From the IMG/VR virus record IMGVR_UViG_3300024343_000009, positions 51,571 to 71,570 of that record: a stretch of 20,000 bases of DNA; one strand, given 5' to 3'. The translations under genes and the position numbers were made by a program. Numbering within the stretch: position 1 is the stretch's first letter; each line of letters opens with the position of its first letter. The DNA is from an uncultured virus (IMG/VR IMGVR_UViG_3300024343_000009). Taxonomy: Duplodnaviria; Heunggongvirae; Uroviricota; Caudoviricetes. The notes beneath the pieces were generated by a model. The model was not told the origin of the DNA, did not search any database, and saw only the letters and a list, made by a program, of their open reading frames with translations. Shown here piece after piece: positions 1 through 7,962 of the stretch.

Positions 1-2
1 TT

Positions 3-1232
3 GATGAGATCTCTGGCTTTGCTATTGAGAATACAACAGGTCATGATCAAGCAAAAACGGGTGGTGCAATCTATGATATGTATAGGGCATCAGTTGATTC
101 TCGTTTTCCAGATTTTGGAAAAGTGATTTTGCTTTCTTTCCCACGTTATAAGAATGATTACATACAGCAAAGATATGATGCTGTAGTAGCACAAAAAGAA
201 ACTATTATTAGAGAGCATAAGTTTAAAATGGATACGGATCTTCCAGACGGAACAGATGGCAATGAGTTTGAGGTTCAATGGGAAGAAGACCATATAGTTT
301 CTTATAAAATTCCTAAAGTTTATGCATTAAAAAGACCAACATGGGAAATAAATCCAGTTAGAACTATTGATGACTTTAAGGTTGCATTCTTTACTAATCC
401 AACTGATGCTCTATCAAGATTTGCATGTATGCCTCCAGAAGCAGTAGATGCATTTTTTAAATCAAGAGAAAAGGTTGAAAAAGCTTTTAATAAAGGTCAC
501 CTTGCAGTTGACACGTTTGGTAGACTGGAAGAATGGTTTATACCAGATCCCGATAAAAAATATTTCTTGCACGTTGACCTTGCACAAAAGCATGACCACT
601 GTGCTGTTGCGATGGCACATGTAAATAGATGGGTAAATGTTAAGGTAACTGATACATACTCTCAGCCAGCTCCAATTGTTGAGATAGATGCCGTAAGATA
701 CTGGACTCCAACCTCTGATAAGTCTGTTGACTTTACAGAAGTAAAAGATTATATATTATCTCTTAGAACAAGAGGGTTTAATATAAGCGTGTGTACATTT
801 GACAGATGGAACTCTCACGATATGATGCAGCAGTTAAAGCAATACGGAATAAATACAGAAATTCTTTCTGTTGCCAAGAAGCATTACGATGACATGGCAA
901 TGGTTGTCTTAGAAGAAAGATTAACTGGACCCCATATTCAATTATTAATTGATGAATTGCTACAGCTTAGGATAATGAGAGATAAAGTAGATCACCCTAG
1001 AAAAGGATCTAAAGACTTAGCAGACGCCGTATGCGGGTCTATATATAATGCTATTAGTAGAACTAGATTTGATTCAAATCAAGAAGTAAATGTCCATACA
1101 TACGAGTCTATGGCGTTTGATAATGATTTTGGAACAGAAGCAGATGGAGAAACAAGTTCCTTCAATATGATTAGGGCTCCAAGAATGCCAGAAAACTTAA
1201 AGGACGCAATGGACAGGATGATGATAATATGA
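3..1232 (+). CDS. terL: Terminase large subunit, 5'-truncated by the window edge
   Basis: Frame is open from base 3 (DEISGF, Walker B-like), so ATG 78 is not the true start. LLSFPR coupling-like motif; RNase H-fold nuclease motifs HVDLA, FDRWNS, DHPRKGSKDLADA. Confidence 0.9.
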   Translation, partial: DEISGFAIENTTGHDQAKTGGAIYDMYRASVDSRFPDFGKVILLSFPRYKNDYIQQRYDAVVAQKETIIREHKFKMDTDLPDGTDGNEFEVQWEEDHIVSYKIPKVYALKRPTWEINPVRTIDDFKVAFFTNPTDALSRFACMPPEAVDAFFKSREKVEKAFNKGHLAVDTFGRLEEWFIPDPDKKYFLHVDLAQKHDHCAVAMAHVNRWVNVKVTDTYSQPAPIVEIDAVRYWTPTSDKSVDFTEVKDYILSLRTRGFNISVCTFDRWNSHDMMQQLKQYGINTEILSVAKKHYDDMAMVVLEERLTGPHIQLLIDELLQLRIMRDKVDHPRKGSKDLADAVCGSIYNAISRTRFDSNQEVNVHTYESMAFDNDFGTEADGETSSFNMIRAPRMPENLKDAMDRMMII

Positions 1233-1477
1233 GCACGTATCAAGAAAAAGCAAAAGAATGCAAGTGTTGCGGAAAACACGTTCCGCTTCCTACTGTATTA
1301 AAAGAATATAATGGAATAGTTTTATGTCCAACTACATTTTCTAACGTAGTTGAATATAAAAGAATATGGATAGCCGCTGGCGCAAGGCCAATGGGCAATA
1401 TTCGCAAACATTTTTCAGAATATGTACAGCAAATAGTAGAAGATACTATTGACAAAAATGAAGACGGCACGTTATAA
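1229..1477 (+). CDS. Small Cys-containing hypothetical protein
   Basis: ATGA overlap with the terL stop; CKCCGK and LCPT suggest metal binding. Confidence 0.7.
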   Translation: MSTYQEKAKECKCCGKHVPLPTVLKEYNGIVLCPTTFSNVVEYKRIWIAAGARPMGNIRKHFSEYVQQIVEDTIDKNEDGTL

Positions 1478-1478
1478 T
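1449..1478 (+). promoter_or_regulatory. Consensus sigma70/SigA-type promoter for tRNA(CAU)
   Basis: TTGACA 1449-1454, 18-nt spacer, TATAAT 1473-1478, 10 nt before the tRNA. Confidence 0.8.
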
Positions 1479-1488
1479 ATACTTCTAA

Positions 1489-1562
1489 GCAACAATAGCT
1501 TAGTTGGTTAAAGCCCCGAACTCATAATTCGGTAATCGTAGGTTCAAGTCCTACTTGTTGCA
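1489..1562 (+). tRNA. tRNA with CAU anticodon (elongator Met or Ile2)
   Basis: Acceptor GCAACAA/TTGTTGC, anticodon arm CCGAA-CTCATAA-TTCGG, T arm GTAGG-TTCAAGT-CCTAC; no encoded CCA. Confidence 0.93.
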
Positions 1563-1574
1563 CGAAAGGCGGAT

Positions 1575-1883
1575 ATGGATAAAGAAGATAAGTTAGACTA
1601 TTATATTTCTATCGGTGCCGTAGAACTAGCTGGAGTAGATAAAGATGGAGAGTTTGTTTTTAATATAACAGATGATGCAAAGTATCTTGCTCCAGAACTT
1701 TGGGAAGCACATGAAGATCACGTAAATGAATCATTGGTTCAGCTTTACGAAAAAGGATTAATTACAGTCACATATAATGATGATCTTGAGGCAGTAATTG
1801 AAATGTCTGATGAAGGAAAAAGGGTTGCTCAAGAGATGGGTTTAATAGAGATGGAAACCAATAACGATATCCCTAACGATTAA
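1575..1883 (+). CDS. Acidic hypothetical protein, possibly winged-helix-like
   Basis: 102-aa ORF with GAAAGGCGG upstream; the LVQLYEKGLITV segment is only suggestive of a wHTH wing. Confidence 0.7.
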   Translation: MDKEDKLDYYISIGAVELAGVDKDGEFVFNITDDAKYLAPELWEAHEDHVNESLVQLYEKGLITVTYNDDLEAVIEMSDEGKRVAQEMGLIEMETNNDIPND

Positions 1884-1890
1884 ACAAAAT

Positions 1891-1963
1891 GCCTTCGTAG
1901 CTCAGAGGACAGAGCAGGACTCTTCTAAGGTCTTGGTCGCAGGTTCGACTCCTGCCGAAGGCG
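1891..1963 (+). tRNA. tRNA-Arg(UCU)
   Basis: GCCTTCG/CGAAGGC acceptor; GGACT-CTTCTAA-GGTCT anticodon arm; GCAGG-TTCGACT-CCTGC T arm. Confidence 0.95.
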
Positions 1964-1968
1964 CTATT

Positions 1969-2041
1969 GTCCTTATAGCCCAGCGGTAGAGGCGGTAGAC
2001 TTAAAATCTATACAGCGTTGGTTCGAATCCAACTAGGGACA
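1969..2041 (+). tRNA. tRNA-Leu(UAA), short variable region
   Basis: GTCCTTA/TAGGGAC acceptor; GTAGA-CTTAAAA-TCTAT anticodon arm; only ACAGC before the T arm GTTGG-TTCGAAT-CCAAC. Confidence 0.92.
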
Positions 2042-2045
2042 CAAT

Positions 2046-2119
2046 GCGGATGTTGCATATTGGTAGTGCCTCTGCCTTCCAAGCAGAAGGGGTGAGTTCG
2101 ATTCTCATCATCCGCTCCA
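2046..2119 (+). tRNA. tRNA-Gly(UCC), encoded CCA
   Basis: GCGGATG/CATCCGC-T-CCA; TCTGC-CTTCCAA-GCAGA anticodon arm. Confidence 0.95.
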
Positions 2120-2120
2120 T

Positions 2121-2191
2121 TTCTCACTCGTCCAACGGCAGGACATCGCCCTTTGGAGGCGAGAATCGTGGTTCGAATCCATGGTGAGAAG
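2121..2191 (+). tRNA. tRNA-Gln(UUG)
   Basis: TTCTCAC/GTGAGAA acceptor (U1-A72); TCGCC-CTTTGGA-GGCGA anticodon arm; CGTGG-TTCGAAT-CCATG T arm. Confidence 0.94.
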
Positions 2192-2219
2192 CAAAGAAAG
2201 GAAATGGTATACTATTAAC

Positions 2220-2663
2220 ATGGATATTATTTCTAAGATAAGACAACTACAATCTAGTTCTTTTGTATTTTATACAAAAGCACACGGTTATCACTGGAAT
2301 GTAGAGGGGGTTCTATTTAAAGAACTTCACGCATTCTTTAAGGAAATATACGAAGATGTATTTGAATCAATTGATACTTATGCTGAATGGTCAAGAAAAC
2401 TTAATTCACCAGCTGTTTTTCAGATTGACGAGATCTTGCAAAATTCAAATATAAAGTATGATTTTCCAACAAACTCACCACTAGAGATGATGAGAAATTT
2501 ATTTGATTCAAATTCACAAATTATAAATGACTTAAAAGATGGGTTTGCTATGGCAAACTCTTTAAATGAACAAGGCCTTGCAAACTTTTTTGCAGAAAGA
2601 ATTGATAAACATCAGTTCTGGTCATGGCAATTGTCAGCCTCATTAAAGACATCAGTAAACTAA
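2220..2663 (+). CDS. dps: Dps / ferritin-like DNA-protection protein
   Basis: KAHGYHWNVEG-x2-FKELH, DTYAE and HQFWSWQL motifs. Start moved to ATG 2220 because ATG 2181 lies inside tRNA-Gln and TGGTATACT sits 6 nt before 2220. Confidence 0.92.
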   Translation: MDIISKIRQLQSSSFVFYTKAHGYHWNVEGVLFKELHAFFKEIYEDVFESIDTYAEWSRKLNSPAVFQIDEILQNSNIKYDFPTNSPLEMMRNLFDSNSQIINDLKDGFAMANSLNEQGLANFFAERIDKHQFWSWQLSASLKTSVN

Positions 2664-2682
2664 TAAATAGGAGAAATAAAAA

Positions 2683-3294
2683 ATGGCAGCAGAACAAGGA
2701 TCAGCAGCAAGACTAATAGAAGTAGCACTAGCTGAAGTTGGAACTATTGAAGGACCAAAGGACAATGAAACAAAATATGGAAAGTTTACAAAGGCAAACT
2801 TTCAGCCATGGTGTGGTTCATTTGTTATGTGGTGTGCAGATCAAGCAGGGGTAAAGGTTCCTAATACAGTCTATACACCAGCAGGAGCACAAGCATTTAT
2901 TAAAGCGGGAACATGGCAGATGGCAGAAACAGCTACACCAGAACCAGGCGATATTGCCTATTTTGATTTCCCATCAGACGGCGTCGATAGAATTTCTCAC
3001 GTAGGAATCGTTGTTGCAGTAAATGCAGACGGAACTGTAGATGTTGTAGAAGGAAACACTTCTTCAGATAAGAAGGGCGATCAAAGAAATGGCGGAGAGT
3101 GTTGCCTTAAGAATCGTGCTTACAAGAAGAAGAACGGATCAAAGCTTCGTAGAAGTCAGATCGTAGGCATTGTAGGATTTGGCAGACCAGCATTTGGCAA
3201 GCCTGTAGCTAAGACAGCAGCAGCACCTGTAAAGAAGGCAGCCCCTGTAAAGAAGGCGGCTCCTGTAAAAAAGGCCGCAGTAAAGAAGAAGTAA
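2683..3294 (+). CDS. CHAP-domain peptidoglycan hydrolase (endolysin-like) with Lys/Ala/Pro tail
   Basis: PWCGSFV (catalytic Cys), SHVGIV (His), VEGN; SD AGGAG; C-terminal AAPVKK repeats. Confidence 0.88.
   Translation: MAAEQGSAARLIEVALAEVGTIEGPKDNETKYGKFTKANFQPWCGSFVMWCADQAGVKVPNTVYTPAGAQAFIKAGTWQMAETATPEPGDIAYFDFPSDGVDRISHVGIVVAVNADGTVDVVEGNTSSDKKGDQRNGGECCLKNRAYKKKNGSKLRRSQIVGIVGFGRPAFGKPVAKTAAAPVKKAAPVKKAAPVKKAAVKKK
3220..3291 (+). repeat. 18-nt coding tandem repeat (AAPVKK x3 plus AAVKKK)
   Basis: GCNGCNCCTGTAAARAAG units with synonymous variation. Confidence 0.85.
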
Positions 3295-3701
3295 TGTACG
3301 AGTATTACGTACGAAAAGTAGAAGCCGTAGTTGATGGGGACACAATTGATGTCCTCATCGACCTTGGTTTTGATATATTGTTTGCTTCAAGAGTAAGACT
3401 TGCTGGAATAGATACTCCTGAATCAAGAACAAAAGACCTAGCAGAAAAAAAGCTGGGGCTAGAGGCAAAAGAATATCTTAAGTATAAATTAAAAGATGCA
3501 AAGTCTGTAAAGATTAAAACCGAAAAGATGGATTCTTCTGAAAAATATGGAAGAATACTAGGCTGGCTATTTGTTGATGATCAAACGGTATCAATAAATG
3601 AACAGATGATTGCAGACGGATATGCATGGGGATATCTTGGTGACACCAAGGTTAAAGATTTTCAAGCCTTAGCAAAAGCAAGAGCAAAGTCTGGCAAGTA
3701 G
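3294..3701 (+). CDS. Staphylococcal nuclease (SNase/thermonuclease) family protein
   Basis: VVDGDTI, RLAGIDTPE and KYGRIL motifs; TAATG coupling to the CHAP gene. Confidence 0.92.
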   Translation: MYEYYVRKVEAVVDGDTIDVLIDLGFDILFASRVRLAGIDTPESRTKDLAEKKLGLEAKEYLKYKLKDAKSVKIKTEKMDSSEKYGRILGWLFVDDQTVSINEQMIADGYAWGYLGDTKVKDFQALAKARAKSGK

Positions 3702-3740
3702 GCTATTGTAATTCTTTAGTAGAAATGATATACTCATTAC

Positions 3741-4463
3741 ATGCTAAACAAAAAAACAATTAAGTTCTATGCTGCAGCGGAAGACATTTACCAAGTAGAG
3801 CAGCCTCCAATGCCAGCTAAATTAGCAATACCAGAATGGTTTAAAAGAATACCAGCAGAGGATCCTGCAATGAAATGGGGAGACCCAAGAGATGCTGGAA
3901 CAGTAAAAAAATGTATGCCATTTTTAGACTCTCTCTCCGCTGGGTATATGGTTGTTACACCGCAAGATATAAAGATTGCAAAAAATGAAACACAGGGAAC
4001 TATGGCTTATTGGGGAGCAACACCACCAGGAGCCGATGTTCTTTTTGATTTAGATCAGCCATTACATAGAACAAAAGGAATGCCAGTACCTCATGGCTAT
4101 AATGAATATGTTTGGCGAATGATTGCATATCCAAGAATTGAAACTCCAAGCGGATACAGCGTAATGGTTACTCATCCATTTAATAGGTATGACTTGCCAT
4201 TCTTAACAATGACTGGAATTATTGATTCAGATCAAGTTCATGCAAGGTTAGCCCTCAATATGTGGTTACGTGATGACTTTGAAGGAATTATTGAAAAAGG
4301 TACCCCTGTTGCACAGATATTTCCTTTTAAAAGAGAAGATTGGGTTCATGAGTCTTTGCCACCTTTTAGCAAAAAGCGGGAGCTTCAAGATACATTTAAA
4401 GTAAGGTCAGTAATGAATAGGTCCTACATGCGTCAGTTCTGGCAAAAGAAGTCTTACGAATAA
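3741..4463 (+). CDS. Hypothetical protein, possible dUTPase/dCTP-deaminase-like beta fold
   Basis: KKCMPFLD near the N-terminus; TGIIDSD and IIEKGTPVAQIFPF resemble dUTPase-like motifs; own promoter TTGTAA-17-TATACT, leaderless. Confidence 0.65.
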   Translation: MLNKKTIKFYAAAEDIYQVEQPPMPAKLAIPEWFKRIPAEDPAMKWGDPRDAGTVKKCMPFLDSLSAGYMVVTPQDIKIAKNETQGTMAYWGATPPGADVLFDLDQPLHRTKGMPVPHGYNEYVWRMIAYPRIETPSGYSVMVTHPFNRYDLPFLTMTGIIDSDQVHARLALNMWLRDDFEGIIEKGTPVAQIFPFKREDWVHESLPPFSKKRELQDTFKVRSVMNRSYMRQFWQKKSYE

Positions 4464-4473
4464 ATATCCAATA

Positions 4474-4537
4474 TGCTATAATTATTATACATCCGCCTTA
4501 TGGGGATGCTAAACTAACTCGCTTAAAAGGAGCAAAA
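4474..4537 (+). promoter_or_regulatory. Extended -10 promoter and ROSE-like structured leader of hsp20
   Basis: TGCTATAAT 4474-4482; hairpin CATCC-G-CC/GG-GGATG 4490-4508; CTCGCT-TAAA-AGGAG 4518-4532 pairing over the SD. Confidence 0.7.
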
Positions 4538-4957
4538 ATGGTAAACGCACTAACCCTGGATCTTTTTAGAGATCCTTTTTTTATTGGTTTTAATCGTGAA
4601 ATGGAAAGAATGGCACATGTTCATCAGGCTGCAACACGCCAAACATATCCACCATACGATGTATTAAAGCTAGACGAAGATACATATCAGGTATCAATTG
4701 CAGTAGCAGGATTCACAAGAAGCGATATTGATGTTTCAGTAGATAACGGAACACTTATTGTTAAGGGTGAAATCACAGAAGTTACAGACGGTGAATATCT
4801 ACATAAAGGTATTGCTGCACGTAAGTTCACTAGAACATTTGGGCTAGGTGAATATATGGAAGTAACTGGAGCTTCAATCGAAGATGGAATGTTAAATATC
4901 AATGTAGATAGAATTATTCCAGAAGAAAAGAAGCCAAAGATCATTAAGATCAAATAG
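4538..4957 (+). CDS. hsp20: Small heat-shock protein (Hsp20/IbpA family)
   Basis: YPPYDV, IAVAGF, YLHKGIAARKFTRTF, GML and C-terminal IKI motifs. Confidence 0.95.
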   Translation: MVNALTLDLFRDPFFIGFNREMERMAHVHQAATRQTYPPYDVLKLDEDTYQVSIAVAGFTRSDIDVSVDNGTLIVKGEITEVTDGEYLHKGIAARKFTRTFGLGEYMEVTGASIEDGMLNINVDRIIPEEKKPKIIKIK

Positions 4958-5026
4958 TCTTTGGTTCGCTACCGAAGGAGACCTGAGCAAGTCATAAAAA
5001 GGCTCATTTAACTTAAAGGATAAGTA

Positions 5027-5215
5027 ATGCCAGTATACGAATACAAGTGCTCATATGACGATGCACACCCAACAATGTCAACTCATAGATCAATTATGGA
5101 TGAAGATCCAGGATACACTTGTGTAGAATGTGAGTCAGAAATGATAAGACACTTTACGCCTTTTGGCATACAGTTTAAAGGAAACGGGTTTTATAAGACA
5201 GATAATCCTAAATAG
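5027..5215 (+). CDS. FmdB-family zinc-ribbon protein
   Basis: MPVYEYKC, CVEC and FKGNGFYKTD signature. Confidence 0.9.
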   Translation: MPVYEYKCSYDDAHPTMSTHRSIMDEDPGYTCVECESEMIRHFTPFGIQFKGNGFYKTDNPK

Positions 5216-5267
5216 CCTCAATGGTATAATTAACTAAGCAAGCAAATTGTTTGCGTAGGAGCCATAG

Positions 5268-7436
5268 TTGAAAAAGAATAGGTTATTTAGAATAACAGCA
5301 TCCATAATGCTTGCATTTGGATGGCTTTTTATGTCTCCCGCAGCTGGCGATGATCCGCTAACAGTAGCAGCAAAACAAATTGAAAATTTAAATTCAGCAG
5401 TAGATAAGCTTGATTACAAAGAAGGCTTAATAGATTTAATTGACATAGCGGAAAATAAGTTTATGTACGCTAAAAATCTTAAGGATGTTAGAGATACAGC
5501 AATTGTAGACTACCAAGATGCGGTGGAAGCAGAAGAATTAGCGTTAGAAGAAGTAAATATCGCTCAGTCAAATGTAGATGAGCAAACAGCCCTAGCATCC
5601 TTAGCTCTTGAAAATAAAAATAATGCTCTTAATGATAAGAATGATGCACAAGATGTACTTGATTTAGCCAATATAAATCTTCAAACAGCACAATCAAATA
5701 TGCAATCTGCTAGTGGGACAGGTCTTCAATATACAGTATATAATCTAACCAGAACATGGCCAAGCATAGCAACTCCAAGTGGTGTGATTTGTTCTGGCAC
5801 TTGGAATTCTAGTTCTATGAACCTACCAGTTTGCGGTAATAGATATGAAAATATAATTGTTAAGTTTACTGGACAAATTACAGTCCCATCATGGTTTACA
5901 ACAGTAGCATTTGCAGGATACACAGATGATGGTTTTAGAATGTTTATTAATGGAAATCTTGCAGTTAACAACTGGGTAGAGCAAGGGGCAAGATGGAGTG
6001 CTTGGTCTCCAACATATAATGTAAGTGAAGACAAGACTTTAGATGTAGAGATATGGTGGTATAACGGAGGAGGTCCAGGATCGTACCATCTTGGCTGGAC
6101 AATTCCTGGTGGAATGACTGGTGCAGGATGTGACTATGCTGGAAATCCAAGAGTATGGGGACAAAATTTTAGTTGTAATTTAAATACATTCTCATCTGGG
6201 TCAGGACCAACACAGGCACAAATAGATGCCTACAACCAAGCACTTGAAACAAGAAATGCAGCACAGCAAGACTATAATAATGCCTCAGCAGAATATAATG
6301 ATAAACTAAATGTATATAATCAACAGGTTGCAGTACTAGACTCATTAAATCAAACATTAACTAATAAAGAGTCTGAGTATGATAACGCAGTAAATGATAC
6401 AGCAAATGCTTTGTCTGAAAAGAATAGTGCCATAAATGATTTTAATAATGCAGTCAATGATGTCAATGGTGCAATTGATGAAGCATGGCGTTACTATGAT
6501 GAGCAATCACAAAGAGAAATTCAAAGAGCAATTGCTCAAGCAGCAGCCAATGCTGCAGCAAACCAACCTAAGCCAGAGCCAAAACCAACTGTTGAACCAG
6601 ACAAGCCAAAGCCTTCTTCACCACCAACAGAGAAGCCAGAGCCAAAGCCAACTAACAATACTGCTACAGAAGAGCCAGGACCAAAGCCAACGCAACCAGG
6701 TCCAAAGCCAACACAGCCAGAAGATCCTGCACCAAAGCCAGAACCTACAGAAAAGCCAAAACCAGAAGATCCTAAGCCAACACCAGCTCCAACACCTGAA
6801 GTAAAGCCAGAACCCACACCAGAGCCTTCTGCCGAGCCTTCTCCAGAACCTAAGCCATTGCCAAGACCAGATTTTAAACCAGCAGAGAATATTGATCCAG
6901 TCATTAAGGATGCAGAGTTAGCAGCACTTATTCCAGAAAAAGGTACGGGGAATGCAGAAGATTTATCTGGCGTTATTGCTAATCTTACAAGTAAAGATAA
7001 TAAATTAGTTAAGCTTTCTCCAGAACAAACAGCAGCGGTTAGTCAAACACTTAAGTCTTTAACACAAGAAGCAAAATTAGAAGTTGCAAAAGATCTTGGA
7101 ATTTCTGCAGGAGAGGTTTCAAAGGTGGCAGAAATAATGAAATCAAATCCTGCAGTCGCAGCAGCATTTGTTGAGTTTGCAGATAGAGCAGGAGAAGCAG
7201 GGGATACCCCAATGCCATTTACATTAGCAGATGCAACAACAGAAGTACAAACAGAAGCATTCTTAGCAGACCCGCTTGGAACAGTATTTGCGGTGGATCC
7301 TATAGAACTATTATCTAATTTTTCTGAGTTAGGTATGGATATGACAGATGATCAGAGAGAAAAAGCACAAGAAGTAATTGTCCCAGTGGTCATTGCATCA
7401 CAAATTGCAGGGGCAGTAATAAGGAGGAACAGATGA
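5268..7436 (+). CDS. Large exported PA14-domain protein with coiled coils and Pro-rich linker
   Basis: TTG start with AGGAG SD and TGGTATAAT at 5222-5230; signal peptide; PA14-like VKFTGQITVP, YTDDGFRMFING, WWYNGGGP; PEPK/PTP linker; hydrophobic C-terminus ending RRNR. Confidence 0.85.
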   Translation: MKKNRLFRITASIMLAFGWLFMSPAAGDDPLTVAAKQIENLNSAVDKLDYKEGLIDLIDIAENKFMYAKNLKDVRDTAIVDYQDAVEAEELALEEVNIAQSNVDEQTALASLALENKNNALNDKNDAQDVLDLANINLQTAQSNMQSASGTGLQYTVYNLTRTWPSIATPSGVICSGTWNSSSMNLPVCGNRYENIIVKFTGQITVPSWFTTVAFAGYTDDGFRMFINGNLAVNNWVEQGARWSAWSPTYNVSEDKTLDVEIWWYNGGGPGSYHLGWTIPGGMTGAGCDYAGNPRVWGQNFSCNLNTFSSGSGPTQAQIDAYNQALETRNAAQQDYNNASAEYNDKLNVYNQQVAVLDSLNQTLTNKESEYDNAVNDTANALSEKNSAINDFNNAVNDVNGAIDEAWRYYDEQSQREIQRAIAQAAANAAANQPKPEPKPTVEPDKPKPSSPPTEKPEPKPTNNTATEEPGPKPTQPGPKPTQPEDPAPKPEPTEKPKPEDPKPTPAPTPEVKPEPTPEPSAEPSPEPKPLPRPDFKPAENIDPVIKDAELAALIPEKGTGNAEDLSGVIANLTSKDNKLVKLSPEQTAAVSQTLKSLTQEAKLEVAKDLGISAGEVSKVAEIMKSNPAVAAAFVEFADRAGEAGDTPMPFTLADATTEVQTEAFLADPLGTVFAVDPIELLSNFSELGMDMTDDQREKAQEVIVPVVIASQIAGAVIRRNR

Positions 7437-7660
7437 AGATAATCAAAAAAGCATTTTCTTTAATCGGTAAAGCTTTAAAAGGATTAATTAAATGGTTTAA
7501 AGATGCAGGAATGGAATTAATTGCACAAGCATTCACCCTCCTTGGCTTCTTTATTGCATGGTTAACATTAACTGGATCAGCCAGAGATATAGTTGGAATT
7601 GCCGTACTGGCAACTACAGTTATTTGGCTAATAACAATCCCGTTAAGAAAGGATAAATAA
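7433..7660 (+). CDS. Small two-TM membrane protein
   Basis: Basic amphipathic N-terminus and two hydrophobic segments; ATGA overlap with the PA14 gene. Confidence 0.8.
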   Translation: MKIIKKAFSLIGKALKGLIKWFKDAGMELIAQAFTLLGFFIAWLTLTGSARDIVGIAVLATTVIWLITIPLRKDK

Positions 7661-7950
7661 TGGCAAAAGCGTATATAGAAGAGCCAACACAGGTTGGAAG
7701 CGGAGCAATTGCAAGCATAAATAATATATTTATGAGAATTGTTGCTGTATTTGCAGCATCAGGACTTTCAGTGATTGGAGCAGGAGCAGTGGTTGGAATT
7801 GAAACCTACAAGGCTGTGATCCTTGCTGGAACATTAGGCGTTGCAACTGTTGTTGAAAAGCTAGCCCGTGGATTCCTAGATGATGGAAAGCTTACCGTTG
7901 CTGAGATCAATGCAGCTTTTTCAGCAGTAGATAAAAAAGCGGCTAAGTGA
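7660..7950 (+). CDS. Small membrane protein, possibly holin-like
   Basis: Two Gly/Ala-rich hydrophobic helices loosely like r1t-type holins; TAATG coupling. Confidence 0.7.
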   Translation: MAKAYIEEPTQVGSGAIASINNIFMRIVAVFAASGLSVIGAGAVVGIETYKAVILAGTLGVATVVEKLARGFLDDGKLTVAEINAAFSAVDKKAAK

Positions 7951-7962
7951 TATAATTTACTT

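Noticed and set aside
78..1232. ATG 78 as the terminase start
   Set aside because: The frame is open back to base 3 and includes the Walker B-like DE; the gene begins upstream of the window.
1489..1562. Initiator tRNA-fMet
   Set aside because: Paired G1-C72 and no three consecutive G-C pairs in the anticodon stem; Met versus Ile2 cannot be resolved by eye.
2181..2219. N-terminal extension of Dps in the ORF track
   Set aside because: Overlaps the tRNA-Gln 3' end and the -10 box.
6436..6904. Alternative-frame ORFs 6436..6804 (+) and 6536..6904 (-)
   Set aside because: Shadows of the low-complexity Pro/Glu/Lys linker of the PA14 gene.
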